Below, piece by piece: positions 1 to 12,556 of a DNA stretch of 64,000 bases; positions within the stretch are counted from its first letter, which is position 1; every line of letters begins with the position of its first letter. This DNA comes from Batkoa obscura. Taxonomy: Eukaryota. A model generated the notes under the pieces. The model made no database searches and was not told the DNA's origin. It worked only from the letters and a program-made list of their open reading frames with translations. Both the position numbers and the translations under genes were made by a program. The stretch is from contig JASVEC010000022.1 in NCBI GenBank assembly GCA_030770535.1, forward strand, positions 310,001 to 374,000, read 5' to 3'.

Positions 1-104
1 ATTTAAATCTATCTTAGTTATATAAACTAAGACCGTTCGACTCAAGGCAAGTTAATCAACCAAGAACTGCTTTTAACTCCTACCACTGAGTACCAACTTT
101 CACA
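1..104. mobile_element. End of an LTR-like repeat (truncated by window edge), same family as 51303-51849
   Basis: 1-104 closely matches 51748-51849 (ctatcttagtta..aaactaagac.gttcgactcaaggcaagttaatcaac...tttcaca); ends in TTTCACA. Confidence 0.6.
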
Positions 105-491
105 CTTGGTAATATACTAATAATGTAAATATAATGTTAAATTTATTTATTTAATAGTGAATCTGCAATATTGGCTATAAAAAGCAATTAATAAGAAATA
201 TTTTTCGATGAAGTTTTATAAAAATACGTATTTGTTTACATACTACAACTTTGATTAATATCAATATATAGGTTATATTAGTAAAATTCTTGCTAACTTG
301 GGAATTTCTATTAAATTTAGTAGAAATTCTGCTAACTTACAATATAAACTATAACAAAATAATTTAAAACAGTGTTGGGTACTTTTGCTTTTTAATAAAA
401 AATTTATCTTTATAGAATTTTAGGCAGTTTTTAAAGTATAAAATTTGCAAAAATTGGATAAAAAAACGAAACCAATTCGAATATCTCTATA

Positions 492-591
492 TGGAGATAT
501 TTTTTTTTGTTTAAGAATTTTACTAACAATCTTTCCGCTCAAATAGCGCTAAAAAATGGAAAAAATAATGAAGCCAAAAAAAACACCCCCA
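492..591 (+). mobile_element. ~100-bp MITE family 1
   Basis: TGG.GAT..TTTTT / AAAAACACCCCCA termini, TA on both flanks, internal AATAGCGCT core; 15 copies in window. Confidence 0.75.
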
Positions 592-1871
592 TATTTTTAT
601 GACCTTTTTACAATTTTCAATTTTTGAGAATAAATTTATATGCATATGTACTTAGAATACTGATTAATATGATAGCAATATGACAGAAATTTGTAAAATT
701 TATATATTAGTATCAAATGTTCATTTAGCAGGTTATTTAAAAATGTTAAATTATAAAGCATTTAAAGTCGAGTTTTTAACTATAAATCGGGATTTAAAAA
801 CAAACTTCTGAAAAACTATGTTATGTATTGTTATAATACTGTTAATGGTTTTTATAGCTTATTACGTTTTTATAGTAAATACAGGAATGTTCTAAAACCA
901 AGCTTTAATATTCGCACTGTTTTGTGTTTTATTTTTATTCCTTAATGTAGTTATGACCGTTTCAAAAATAGTTACAAATCTTGTATCCAGCCTGTAGTTT
1001 TAGAAAAAATTGTCTTTAGAAATAAACTATTTGATAGAAAGGAATACTAGTATAAAAGATAAATAAAGGATTTTAAGATAGTGTAGAAGGGGAGAGGTTT
1101 TTTTAAAGTCATAAAGTGGGGAAGCAAAAACATGACAATTTTGAAGCTAAATTTATGTATCAGTTTTATCTAAAGAACCTTATTTATCAAATTTTTGTTC
1201 TTATTTATGAGTTTGGCATTGATAGGCATGGTCTATCCATAATGAAATAGTTTAACTGAATTTCAATTACACTCAATATCTTTTTGATTCTTTATAAAAA
1301 AAGTGTGTAAAATTATACATACTTATACCAACTTTAAATCTTTGATAACTTTCCATGCTAAAATAAAATTATGTACTGTATAACAGTCTTTTGATGCCCC
1401 ATTTACTATATAACGTTGGAGCTACTATTGATCTTAACAACTACATCTATTTAATGTTGGTAGAATTGAACCCCTTTACATGCTCGCATTTCAGGCATGT
1501 AACAACCATATAAAGAGTCAATGTTTGAATTTTCCTTAAAGTATAAATAGTAACTTTTTATATTCACAATCATCTAAATTCCTCAATTCTCGACCTTTTC
1601 GTTCTTTAAATTAATCGGGTGATTACTTAACATTTACTAGTTTTAAGTCTTAAATTGCCTATCCTTAAATCTAGAATCATAGACTTATAAAAGCAATAAC
1701 CCGAACTTTGTACAATCATTCAAAATGACGTCATCAGACCCCGAAAAAGTGGCACTCGGTTAATAGATATCTTTCGATGCAACTATAAAGAACACAGGTA
1801 TATAAAGGCATTGAAATCATTGAATCAAGACTAATTTACGTTTTAAATTAAATCATTATTAACCAAAAAAG

Positions 1872-3031
1872 ATGACAAATTTAATGACTTTGTTAAAAAC
1901 TAAAAGGAAATTAGGAAGTCACGGCCCGTTAGTTAGCAACATAGGATTAGGATGCTTTGGACTAACTTTTGGAAAAAACTCCAAGATTGCAGAAAAAGAG
2001 AGGCTGAAAGTATTGAATCAAGCAATTGATCTTGGTTGTAATTTTTTTGATACTTCTGATATTTATGGATTTGGTGAAAATGAAAAATTGATTTCTAAAG
2101 TATTAAAAGAGAGAAGGAATGAAGTATTTTTGTGTAGTAAATTCGGTTTTAAATTAGACCCAATAACTAAACTTATGCCACCTTGTGGTACTAAAGAATA
2201 TGTACGTGAATGTTGTTTAAATAGCTTAGATAGACTACAAATTGATTATATTGATTTATATTATATTCACAGAGTGGACCCTAATGTGTAAAAGTTATTT
2301 ATTTTTATTTTTCCTATTTTATTCTAATCTAACTTTATAGCCCAATTGAAGAAACAGTTGGAGCTATGGCTGAATTAGTAAAAGAAGGAAAAATAAAATA
2401 CTTAGGAATATCAGAATGTAGTGCGAAAACTTTAAGAAGGGCACATAAAGTTCACCCTATCGCTGCAGTACAAGTTGAATACAGGTAATGCAAGTTACAT
2501 TTGAGAATCAAACAAAGGTCTAATAAAAAACAAGTTTGATGGAAACCAGTATCGAAACCAATGAATTGCTAGATACATGTAAAGAATTAGGAATTAGTAT
2601 TGTAGCTTATTCTCCTATGGGTAGAGGTTTTTTAAATAGAAAAATCAACCCTGATACTTTAGATGGCTCAGGATTAGAATGTATTCCTAGGTTCCAGGGT
2701 GATAATATGTCTCACAATTTGATGATTGTTACTGAATTGGAAAAACTAGCTTCAAAATACAATTGCTCATTAGCCCAACTTTGTATTGGTTGGATTTTAA
2801 AACAGGTAATTATTAAGCATTTAGTCCTATTTTTATACTAATTTCAAATAGGGGGATGATTTTATTCCTATACCAGGTGCTTCATCAATTGCTCATTTAG
2901 AAGATAATTTTGATACTTTAAAAGTACAATTTCCAGATAGTTTAGATGGTGAGGTCAGATCTATAGTTAATAAGGTTGGGGTTAAAGGAGAGAGGCTACC
3001 AATAGAAAGTTTAAAAGAAGTTGATATATAA
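1872..3031 (+). CDS. Aldo/keto reductase (AKR13/YakC-like), 4 exons: 1872-2287, 2341-2484, 2535-2805, 2852-3031
   Basis: [48 protein letters not shown] and IPIPG motifs; GT-AG introns restore the frame. Confidence 0.92.
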
Positions 3032-3157
3032 TAAAATTTTAGATATATAGAAGAATATTTACATTTAAAACATTCAAAACATTTTTTCTTCTATATTAAA
3101 ATCTTTATAAATTGAACATAAATATGATATATAAATTTGCATAGATTTATTATAAAA

Positions 3158-4353
3158 CTAGATATCTTTATCTAATAAATTCATAGTAGCTTGATTGTAA
3201 CGCCCACCTTTCACTCCAACAAGGTTAACTAACTCACGAATAGCTTGATTATCATTATCAGAAAATTTAATATTTAAAGATTCTAAATTTTCTTCAAGAT
3301 AATGGATTTTCTTTGTTCCAGGGATAGGAATAATAGCATCACCCTAAAGGAAAATAAGTAAATATGTCATATAAACAAGCTATTGACTTACTTGGGCTAA
3401 TAACCAACTTAGACAAAGTTGAGATGGCTTAATGTTCTTTTCATTCGATAATTTCTGAAATTTTTCTACTAGTTGAATATTATGATCTACATTCTCTTTA
3501 TTCAACCTTGGAACATTAGTAGTACGATAATCCTTATCACCTAAAGATTTTATGTCTAACTTTCCTGTCAAAAACCCCCTTCCTAATGGTGAAAAGGCTA
3601 CAACAGCAACTCCTAGCTCTTTACATGTATCTAATAAGCCATTTTTTTCAATACCAGTCTCCCAAGGGCTTTAAATTTATTAATATATCAAGTATAACCA
3701 TATAATAAATGGTACCTGTATTCAACTTGTACTGCAGCGATAGGGTGAACTTTATGTGCCCTTCTTAAAGTTTTTGCGCTACATTCTGATAGTCCTAAGT
3801 ATTTTACTTTGCCTTCTTTTACTAATTCAGCCATAGCTTCAACAGTTTCTTCAATTGGGCTATAGATCTTATTAGAGTGAAATGAAATATATTGACAATA
3901 GGCTTACGTATCAGGATCTACTCTGTGTTGGTAATATAAATCAATTTTCTCGATTCCTAAACGCTTTAAACTGGCATCACAAGCTTGCTTTACATACTCT
4001 TTATCTCCACGGACAATAAACTCGAATGAATCTGGCTTTTTAGTTAAACCAAACTTAGTACACAAAAACACTTCATCTCTTCTCTCTTTTAAAATCTTGG
4101 ATAATAACTTTTCATTTTCCCCAGCTCCATAAACATCCTAGAATAATGAATATTTTCATAAATAGAAAAGCATTTGTATTACTGCAGTATCCCAAAAATC
4201 ACATCCCAAATCCAAAGCTCTATTCAACACTTTATAATTTTCTTCATCTGTTCCTGGCTCTCCATAGGCATATGTCATTCCCATACATCCAAGTCCAATA
4301 CCACTGACTAATGGCCCGTTTTTTCCTAATTGTCTTTTTTGAATGCTGCTCAT
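3158..4353 (-). CDS. Aldo/keto reductase (AKR13/YakC-like), paralog convergent with the previous gene, 5 exons
   Basis: GLGCMGM, DFWDTA|DVYG, TKFG, QHRVDP, VEYS, SPLGRG and IPIPGT motifs; stop TAG at 3158-3160. Confidence 0.92.
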
Positions 4354-4578
4354 CGTTTTAATTATTTTAAAAAGAGATTCGCTTCTTTTTTATACTTTAT
4401 TATTAGATTTTCGTCATCGATTTTTAATCCCGATTCCGCTCTTTTGGTTTATAATGTTTGTTATTAAGTTGGTTCATAAATAATCGGTATAGTTTTTTTG
4501 AAAAAAAATGTCTATTTCTTTAGAACCAACTTGATATTTATTAGTAATAGCTTTTAACTGTAAAGTGTCATGATTATA

Positions 4579-4680
4579 CGAGGATGTTTTTTTTTGGCTT
4601 CATCACTTTTTCCATTTTTCAAGCACTGTTTGAGTAGAATAATTGTTGGTAAAATTCTTAAACAAAAAAATACATTCTCA
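4579..4680 (-). mobile_element. MITE family 1
   Basis: Reverse-complement copy, TA flanks. Confidence 0.7.
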
Positions 4681-5727
4681 TATAAACAAACATGGCTAAA
4701 AAATAAGGTGTTTGATATTGGAATTGCATTCTAAATAATATTAAGTTCATATAACAATTACAAATATGGAAAGTTTAATATTTTAAAATAAGGTTAAAAT
4801 CAAAACCAAAATAAATATTAGCAATAGTTATTTATGTAAACACCTTTATTATCTATAATATAACTAATAAAAAATCATTATAAATATTTTAAAAAGGTTT
4901 TCAGGAAAATAAGGTTCAGTTAACTAATAATCAATACTTATATTCTTTATTTTATTGACTATTTTAAGTTACAATTATGATACCCTTGTTTTAAAAACTA
5001 AATTAGTTAGACAATATCTGATAAGTACATTTGTAATATTGGAAATTTGTGAGAGCTAGTACAATTGCTGACATTAACACTATACAGTGGAATAAAAATT
5101 TTGTAAGAGTTGACGGTTATTATGGTTTAAATCACTTTTATAATTTTTGACAAAGAACCAATTTTCACACTACATAAAAAATTGCTAGCAAGTTTTGTCA
5201 TATAAGTAATAGAAAGAAAACTCTGACTTAGCTATTAACTGATGCCTAACATCAAAACTATAATCATACCTTTATGTTTCTAAAATTTTAAAAGCATTTA
5301 AAACGTTTGTCAACTAATAGGTTATTTGAGCTATTTTTTGATTGGAATCTTTTTTATCTAAAAATGGCAATTTTTTGCTGTAGTAATTTTTGAGATGCGA
5401 CAAATGTAGATTCCTATCAAAATTTATTGATAAAATTAACTTTTAAAATTTTAATTGGGTATAAATCTAATTGGACAAAAATTGATTGATTTCAAATTTA
5501 TAAATAATTAATTTGGTGAGAAATTTTGAAGAAGAGCTATCTAAATTCGTCATCAAAAACCAGATGACCAAATAAAAATAATCTATTACTACATTAATAT
5601 AAAGCTATGTACAGAACCTTAAGTAATTGGATTATCTAAATCATATCAAATCATACCTTCGTATTTAAAACTGCAACATCTATAAAAACACTTTACTACC
5701 TTTTTTTTTATATATTTTTTTTTCAAA

Positions 5728-8535
5728 ATGTGTGAAAGTACTCAAGCTAAAGCCAAATTCACAGCTAATGCCGAGCGTGAAGTTCTTCCAACTAACGTTA
5801 GACCTTCTCATTATGTCTTAACCCTTACTCCTGATCTTAATAACTTCACCTTCCAAGGTCATGCTCAAATCAAGTAAGTAATTGCCAATATCTTATTTTC
5901 AATTTCTAAATCTTTTAATAGAATCAAAGTAAACGAAGTAACCTCAAAGATCGTTTTAAACAGCAATGAAATTGAAATTCAAAAAGCTCAAATCAAAAAT
6001 TTACAAGGTAAAACTGAGCAAAGGTAATTCAATTCCCTCTGATAACATATGTATCTTAAAAATTATAGCTTTGACTCTGAGAGTATATCTTATGATGAAA
6101 AGACCACCACTGCTACTATATCATTCGCACAACAATTAGAGGCTGAGACTGAGACTGAATTACATTTAGAATTTACTGGTATCTTGAATGACAAAATGAA
6201 TGGTTTCTATCGTTCATCCTACGATGATGAAAATGGTAATAAACGTTATATGGCCACCACTCAATTTGAGCCAGCTGATGCCCGTAAAGCCTTCCCATGT
6301 TGGGACGAGCCTTCTATCAAAGCTACCTTTGATATAACTTTACGTGTTCCATCAAATTTAGTAGCACTTTCAAACATGAATGCTATTTCTGATGAACCAA
6401 TTTCTGGAACTGAACTTAAAGAAGTCAAATTTGCCACTACTCCAATCATGTCAACCTATGTAAGTTTCTAATGTTTTGCCAAGTAGATTTTGCTTATTTT
6501 TAAATAGCTTTTAGCTTTCATCGTTGGTGATTTAGAATATATTGAGTCTCACACTGAAGGCAAAGTAAGTGGTACTCCAGTAAAATGCCGTGTTTATACT
6601 CTACCTGGAAAATCTTCCCAAGGTAAATTTGCTTTGGATGTTTGCACCAAAACTTTGGATCTTTTCGATGAAGTCTTTGGTACTCCTTATCCTTTACCAA
6701 AAATGGACATGGTTGCCATTCCAGATTTCGATGCTGGTGCTATGGAAAACTGGGGTCTTGTCACCTATCGTACTGTTTTATTATTATTTGATGAAGCCAC
6801 AACTTCAAACTCAACTAAACAACGTATCGCATCTGTTGTAGCTCATGAACTTGCTCATCAATGGTTCGGAAACTTAGTTACCATGGAATGGTGGTCTGAC
6901 TTATGGCTTAATGAAGGTTTTGCCACTTGGGTTGGAAACTACGCTGTAGATAAACTTTTTCCTGAATGGGATTTCTGGACACAATTCGTGAGTGATGACT
7001 TCGAACGCGGATTGGAATTAGACGCTATGAGAAGTTCTCATCCAATTGAAGTAGATGTTAAAAATGCCTTTGAAATCAATCAAATTTTTGATGCTATTTC
7101 TTACTCTAAAGGTGCTTCCGTTATTCGTATGTTAAACGCCTATCTTACTGAGGATGTTTTCTTATCTGGTATCCGCTCATACCTCAAGAAACACAAGTAT
7201 AGCAATGCTGGAACTAATGATTTATGGAAGGCACTTAGTGATGAATCTGGCCAAGATGTTTCTAAATTCATGAATCTTTGGACTAGACAAGTCGGTTATC
7301 CATACTTAGCCATTACCGAGGAAGATGCTTCTGAAAGTGAAAAAACTTTACTCATTCGTCAAAATCGCTATCTTTCAAGTGGAGATACTACCGCTCAAGA
7401 GAACGAATCTACATGGTGGGTTCCATTAGGCTTAGCAACTGAAGCTTCAGGTTTAAAACCAAGTCATGACACCCTTACTGAAAAGGAAATCCGCGTCAAC
7501 GTGCCAAAAAATGGCTTCTATAAGCTTAATTTTGACACTACTAGTGTATATCGCGTTCACTATCCTCGATCTGCTCTTACCGCACTCGGTGAATTAATTT
7601 CTAAAAAAGATGTATTATCACCTCGTGATCGTATAAATATTATTTCTGATGCTGGTGCGCTTGGGCAAAGTGGGATCGGAAGCTCAGCTGATTTCCTTGA
7701 ACTCCTTCAATACTATGTCAATGAAGAAAATTATTCAGTATGGACCCAGCTTGCTAGTCGTTTAACCAGTTTAGTTTCAGTATGGTTCGAGGAAAAAGAA
7801 GAAATTCGCAATCAATTAAAAGCACTTCGTATTAAAACTTTCTCACAGCTTGTCAAGAAACTTGGATGGGAATCAACCAAAGGCGAAGGTGACCTTATTG
7901 GTTTACTTAGAGCACTTGCTATTAGTAATGTTGGTTTAAGCGGTGGCCAAGAAGTTGTAAGTGAAGCCAAACGTAGATTTGATCTCTTTATTAAGGGTGA
8001 TCAATCCGCCATCCAACCTGATCTTCGTGGCCCAGTATTTAACATTGTTGTATCTGAAGGTGGCCAAGAAGAATTCCAAGCAATTAAGAAACTTTATGTC
8101 GAAACTGATGCACCAGACCAAAAACTTTCTGCACTTAGAGCACTTGGTTATACTCGTAACCCAGAGCTTATTTCTGAAGCCCTCAATTATGGTATCTCTG
8201 ATCAAGTACGTAATCAAGATATTATTTACATTTTCTCCTCTTTGGGTGCAAATACTGCTTCCCGTAGAGCTTCATGGTCATTTATTAAATCTCACTGGGG
8301 TGTATTAGAAGAGCGTTACTCTACTAATTTCGCTATCCTTGGAAATTTACTCAAATATACTGCTGGTAAATTATCTAGTGAAAAGGATGCAGAAGAAGTT
8401 GAATCATTCTTTAATGGTAAAGATACCAAAAAAGTTCAACGTCCATTGCAACAAACTTTGGAAAGCATAAGATCCTCTGCCCAATGGTTATCGCGCGACA
8501 ACGCCAAGGTCAGTGAGTGGTTAAGTAAACATTGA
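5728..8535 (+). CDS. M1 zinc aminopeptidase (puromycin-sensitive/Ape2-like); approximate exons 5728-5873, 5922-6023, 6070-6459, 6508-8535
   Basis: GAMENWG and HELAH(x18)E motifs, TQFEPADARKAFPCWDEP, N-terminal REVLPTNVRPSHY. Confidence 0.95.
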
Positions 8536-8746
8536 GTTCTCCTTGGTTTGCTAATTTACTTCTAATTTCAATTATAAATAAAAATGTTACTCATGACATT
8601 TATTTCACTCTAATATTAATACTACTAATACTCGATCATTGATGTGTGCATTTTCATAATTTTGATTTATTAAGAAAGATACTATAACGAAACTGCTTTG
8701 TTCTTATGTTAAAAGCAAGTAGATTTTAAGAAAAATTAAAAAATAC

Positions 8747-8840
8747 TAGAACATGTCTTTTTGCTTAAGTTCACTAGCAATTTTTCTATCCAATAGCGCT
8801 TAAAATGGAAGAATAAATGAAACTAAAAAAGACATCCCCT
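8747..8840 (+). mobile_element. MITE family 1 (degenerate)
   Basis: caatagcgcttaaaatggaa...gacatcccc core and terminus. Confidence 0.6.
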
Positions 8841-9708
8841 TATATTTTTTTGGTCTTAATATTAATTTGATAGGAAATTGGATAATACTAAAACAATATT
8901 TTTTTGAATTTTTAGACTCTAATATAGGTAGAACAGTACACGTTTTACTGTGTCCCGATATTAACTTCCTCTGGTTCCTTTAGTTGGCAGTAATATTTTA
9001 GTCTTACCATATACAATGTCTTGTTACTTCTACCGTTTCTTTCCCTTTAAAAATTTTTCCATCATTCTTCCTAGCAGGTTTTTAATCAGTGGTCTTATGG
9101 GAATATTTATAGATTCTCCAAAACTTTCCTTCATAAAATGACCTATACTTATACAACTACTTCCCTTCTTCATTGAATAAAAAATTTATAATCTAATGAG
9201 TTTGCTTGAAATTTTACTAAACTGTTCGCTAATAAATAAGAAAGAGTAGCCTTAGGCTCTTGGTCTATCTCCGCTCCTAATCAATTCTATAATTCTTTTT
9301 GATGTTTTGATAAACCACTTGAGATCTCAACCCTTTTTAGGTTTTTTAAAAATCATAGTAAGATTGGAAAGTACTATAGTTTCAATCATTTTTTGTATTT
9401 TATAGCATGCAATTTGCATAAGATATTTATAATTTATAATTTATAAAAAAGTACAAGGTTAACCGAAATGTTAGTCTTTTACACAAGATGGTATTGTGTC
9501 ATGGAGAGTATAAAGTTGATGATTTTTATTATGTCTTAAGAAGCGCTATACTCATATCATCTTAAATAAGTTTATCTTTTTGTATATTTTAATACTGTGT
9601 AATCCTTAGATTATCAAGCTTTATAAACTATTAACAAATTCTACAATTAAATTTAAAATCAAATTATAAACAACTTAATATTTAAAAAATAAGGTTATAA
9701 AACCAATT

Positions 9709-10014
9709 TTAATAATAAGGTGTAGGGCAGTAAGTGGGTTTAACAGTAACAGTCTTAGTATCAGTAGAAGTAACAACTTTAGTAGAAGTAACTGTTTTAG
9801 GATAACAAGGAGTAGGACAATCAGTTGGTTTTTTAGTTACAGTAGTAGTTTTAGTCTGAGTTACAATTGAAGTCTTTGTAACTGTCTTTGGTTTACATCC
9901 ATAGCCGCCACCATAACCGCCACCATAACCGCCATCGTTACCATAATCATTTTGATATGCAGCATTGATAGCTGATAAAGAGAGTACCATTGAGCTAAAT
10001 ATTACGAATTTCAT
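9709..10014 (-). CDS. Secreted Gly/Tyr + Cys/Thr/Val-repeat protein, 'long' partner, cassette A (101 aa)
   Basis: Signal-peptide-like N-terminus, GGY repeats, two C..KTVT...CPTP modules, C-terminal PYY; conserved in 4 intact copies. Confidence 0.85.
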   Translation of the reverse strand: MKFVIFSSMVLSLSAINAAYQNDYGNDGGYGGGYGGGYGCKPKTVTKTSIVTQTKTTTVTKKPTDCPTPCYPKTVTSTKVVTSTDTKTVTVKPTYCPTPYY

Positions 10015-10609
10015 CTTTTTTTATTTTTTTTGTTATAAAGGATAAGACATTACCATCTCCCTTTTTATAACCAGACAAAAACTAATTTTAAAATATATAA
10101 AAAAGATGCGCTTTTAAAGAAATCTATTTTTATGATTGAAACAAATGTCAATAGACTACTTCAAATTATTTTATAAATAACTATGCCATACTTTTAAATG
10201 GCAACGATTAGTTATTTTAATTCTCTAATGTTTCTTAAGTCTATTTCCGAAAGCTAAATTTCTAAGCTTCTAATTTTAACTATTTACTCAAGCATCGCAT
10301 CCAATGACATTGATTAAATAGCTTTTTGACTGTAATAAAATATCGAAAGTTGCTAATTTTAAAATAAGCTACTAAAACTTCCCACTTTAAAATGACTTTT
10401 TCTCAAGGGATACTTCAAGTATAGTAATATATCTGCTTCATCATGACATTTCACTTTATATAAATTTTAAAAATAGATATCTTTTTAAACAGAGGCTTAG
10501 GCCCCTCAATGATTATTTTAAATTATTGTTACGTATCCAAAGTCTATATAAACTATCATGGCTAAAAGGTTGAAATTATAAAAAGTATAATCAAATTACC
10601 AAAATCAAA

Positions 10610-10789
10610 ATGAAATTTTTAACTATCGTTGTATTACTTGCTACCTCTGCCTTTGCCCAAGGCTATGGTTATGATTACAGTCATGGAAAGAGATGTAAAG
10701 ATGTCACCAAAGTTGTTACTAGCACTACTGTCACTTATGTTACTAAAACTGTACAAGGAACTTGTCCTACTACTACTCCTTATTATTAA
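10610..10789 (+). CDS. Secreted 59-aa Cys/Thr peptide, 'short' partner, cassette A (not in ORF track)
   Basis: MKFLTIVVLLATSAFAQGYGYDYSHGKRCKDVTKVVTSTTVTYVTKTVQGTCPTTTPYY*; upstream TATATAAA, downstream AATAAA; 5 frame-conserved copies. Confidence 0.85.
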   Translation: MKFLTIVVLLATSAFAQGYGYDYSHGKRCKDVTKVVTSTTVTYVTKTVQGTCPTTTPYY

Positions 10790-11424
10790 ATGTATTTCGT
10801 TTCAATAAAAGGATTAGCTACCATTTAAAGAATAAATTATCAATTATTACTTTCGATTTTTTGTAGAACGTTAAATTTGGAATATTTTGCAATTAGGTTA
10901 GAGGGCCACTACTATTTATGATTTATTGTGGATATTTTTAATTATTTTATTAATTGATTTTTACATTAAATTTTTTAATTCTATTTACTTATCTTTATCA
11001 TGATATTAAAGAAATATCAAGGAGGTAACACTTTAATTGTTTTTTGAACCAGTCATAAATATTACAGTCTCAAATCTAAATCAAATTGGTGAACGTTTTA
11101 ATTTCATAGATGTTCTTATATTGTATAGTATTCCATTTTACTAAAGGCACGATAAATTCCTAAAAAGAGGAAACTCCCTCAAATACTACTTCATCTGCAT
11201 AAAGTAGCATAATTTTAGAAAAAAAACATTTGGTAACTATTTTACTTTACAAAGTATTATTTTCATACCCTTTTAAATAAAAAGAATTATTTTTATATTA
11301 TGCTTTCATACTATGTAATCCTTAGATTATCAAGCTTTATAAACTATTAACAAATTCTACAATTAAATTTAAAATCAAATTATAAACAACTTAATATTTA
11401 AAAAATAAGGTTATAAAACCAATT

Positions 11425-11730
11425 TTAATAATAAGGTGTAGGGCAGTAAGTGGGTTTAACAGTAACAGTCTTAGTATCAGTAGAAGTAACAACTTTAGTA
11501 GAAGTAACTGTTTTAGGATAACAAGGAGTAGGACAATCAGTTGGTTTTTTAGTTACAGTAGTAGTTTTAGTCTGAGTTACAATTGAAGTCTTTGTAACTG
11601 TCTTTGGTTTACATCCATAGCCGCCACCATAACCGCCACCATAACCGCCATCGTTACCATAATCATTTTGATATGCAGCATTGATAGCTGATAAAGAGAG
11701 TACCATTGAGCTAAATATTACGAATTTCAT
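11425..11730 (-). CDS. 'Long' secreted PYY protein, cassette B
   Basis: Protein identical to 9709-10014. Confidence 0.85.
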   Translation of the reverse strand: MKFVIFSSMVLSLSAINAAYQNDYGNDGGYGGGYGGGYGCKPKTVTKTSIVTQTKTTTVTKKPTDCPTPCYPKTVTSTKVVTSTDTKTVTVKPTYCPTPYY

Positions 11731-12376
11731 CTTTTTTTATTTTTTTTGTTATAAAGGATAAGACATTACCATCTCCCTTTTTATAACCAGACAAAAACTA
11801 ATTTTAAAATATATAAAAAAGATGCGCTTTTAAAGAAATCTATTTTTATAATTGAAACAAATGTCAATAAGCTACCTCATTGTCATATATTATAAGGTCA
11901 AAATATTGTCTTGTGTAAGAAGTAAAGACTTTAGTTTGTATTAATTCTTTAAAGTTTTTTAAGCTATTTTCGAAAGTCAAATTTTAGTTTTTAATTTTTA
12001 GTTTCCTAATTTTCTAATTTTAGTTTTTTTAGTCAAGCATCAAATTCAGTAGCATTGCTTTAAATAATTTGCTTTAAATAATTTGCTTTCATTAATAAAG
12101 AATCGGAACTTACTATATTGAAATGAACTATTAAAACTTCACTTGAATATACTAATTTCTCAAAAGATATTTTGATTTATTAATAAAGCTATTTTTTATT
12201 TATAGTTTATCTTATCATAAATTGCAAAAATAGTCACCCTTCTAAACAGAGGCTTGTCCCCTATAATGATTCTCTAGCAACTGTTTACACAACCAAAGTA
12301 TATATAAACTATCATGACTAAGATTAAAATTATAAAAAAATAAAACCGAACTATCAAAATCAAAATCAGAACCAAT

Positions 12377-12556
12377 ATGAAATTTTTAACTATCGTTGTA
12401 TTACTTGCTACCTCTGCCTTTGCCCAAGGCTATGGTTATGATTACAGTCATGGAAAGAGATGTAAAGATGTCACCAAAGTTGTTACTAGCACTACTGTCA
12501 CTTATGTTACTAAAACTGTACAAGGAACTTGTCCTACTACTACTCCTTATTATTAA
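12377..12556 (+). CDS. 'Short' secreted PYY peptide, cassette B (59 aa)
   Basis: Identical to 10610-10789. Confidence 0.85.
   Translation: MKFLTIVVLLATSAFAQGYGYDYSHGKRCKDVTKVVTSTTVTYVTKTVQGTCPTTTPYY

Noticed and set aside
5048..5169. TGTGAG...TTTCACA mini-LTR
   Set aside because: Too short, no internal similarity to the 51303 element, no TSD
6261..8308. Overlapping alternative-frame and antisense ORFs
   Set aside because: Shadows of the aminopeptidase CDS
8940..9360. Possible gag zinc-knuckle relic on the minus strand (C..IGHF.KE)
   Set aside because: Incomplete motif, many stops; cannot support
9709..10014. Long PYY protein as a hydrophobin, KEP/dikaritin RiPP precursor or ice-binding protein
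   Set aside because: Lacks the 8-Cys hydrophobin pattern; no KR-delimited core repeats or DUF3328 gene in the window; TxT spacing irregular
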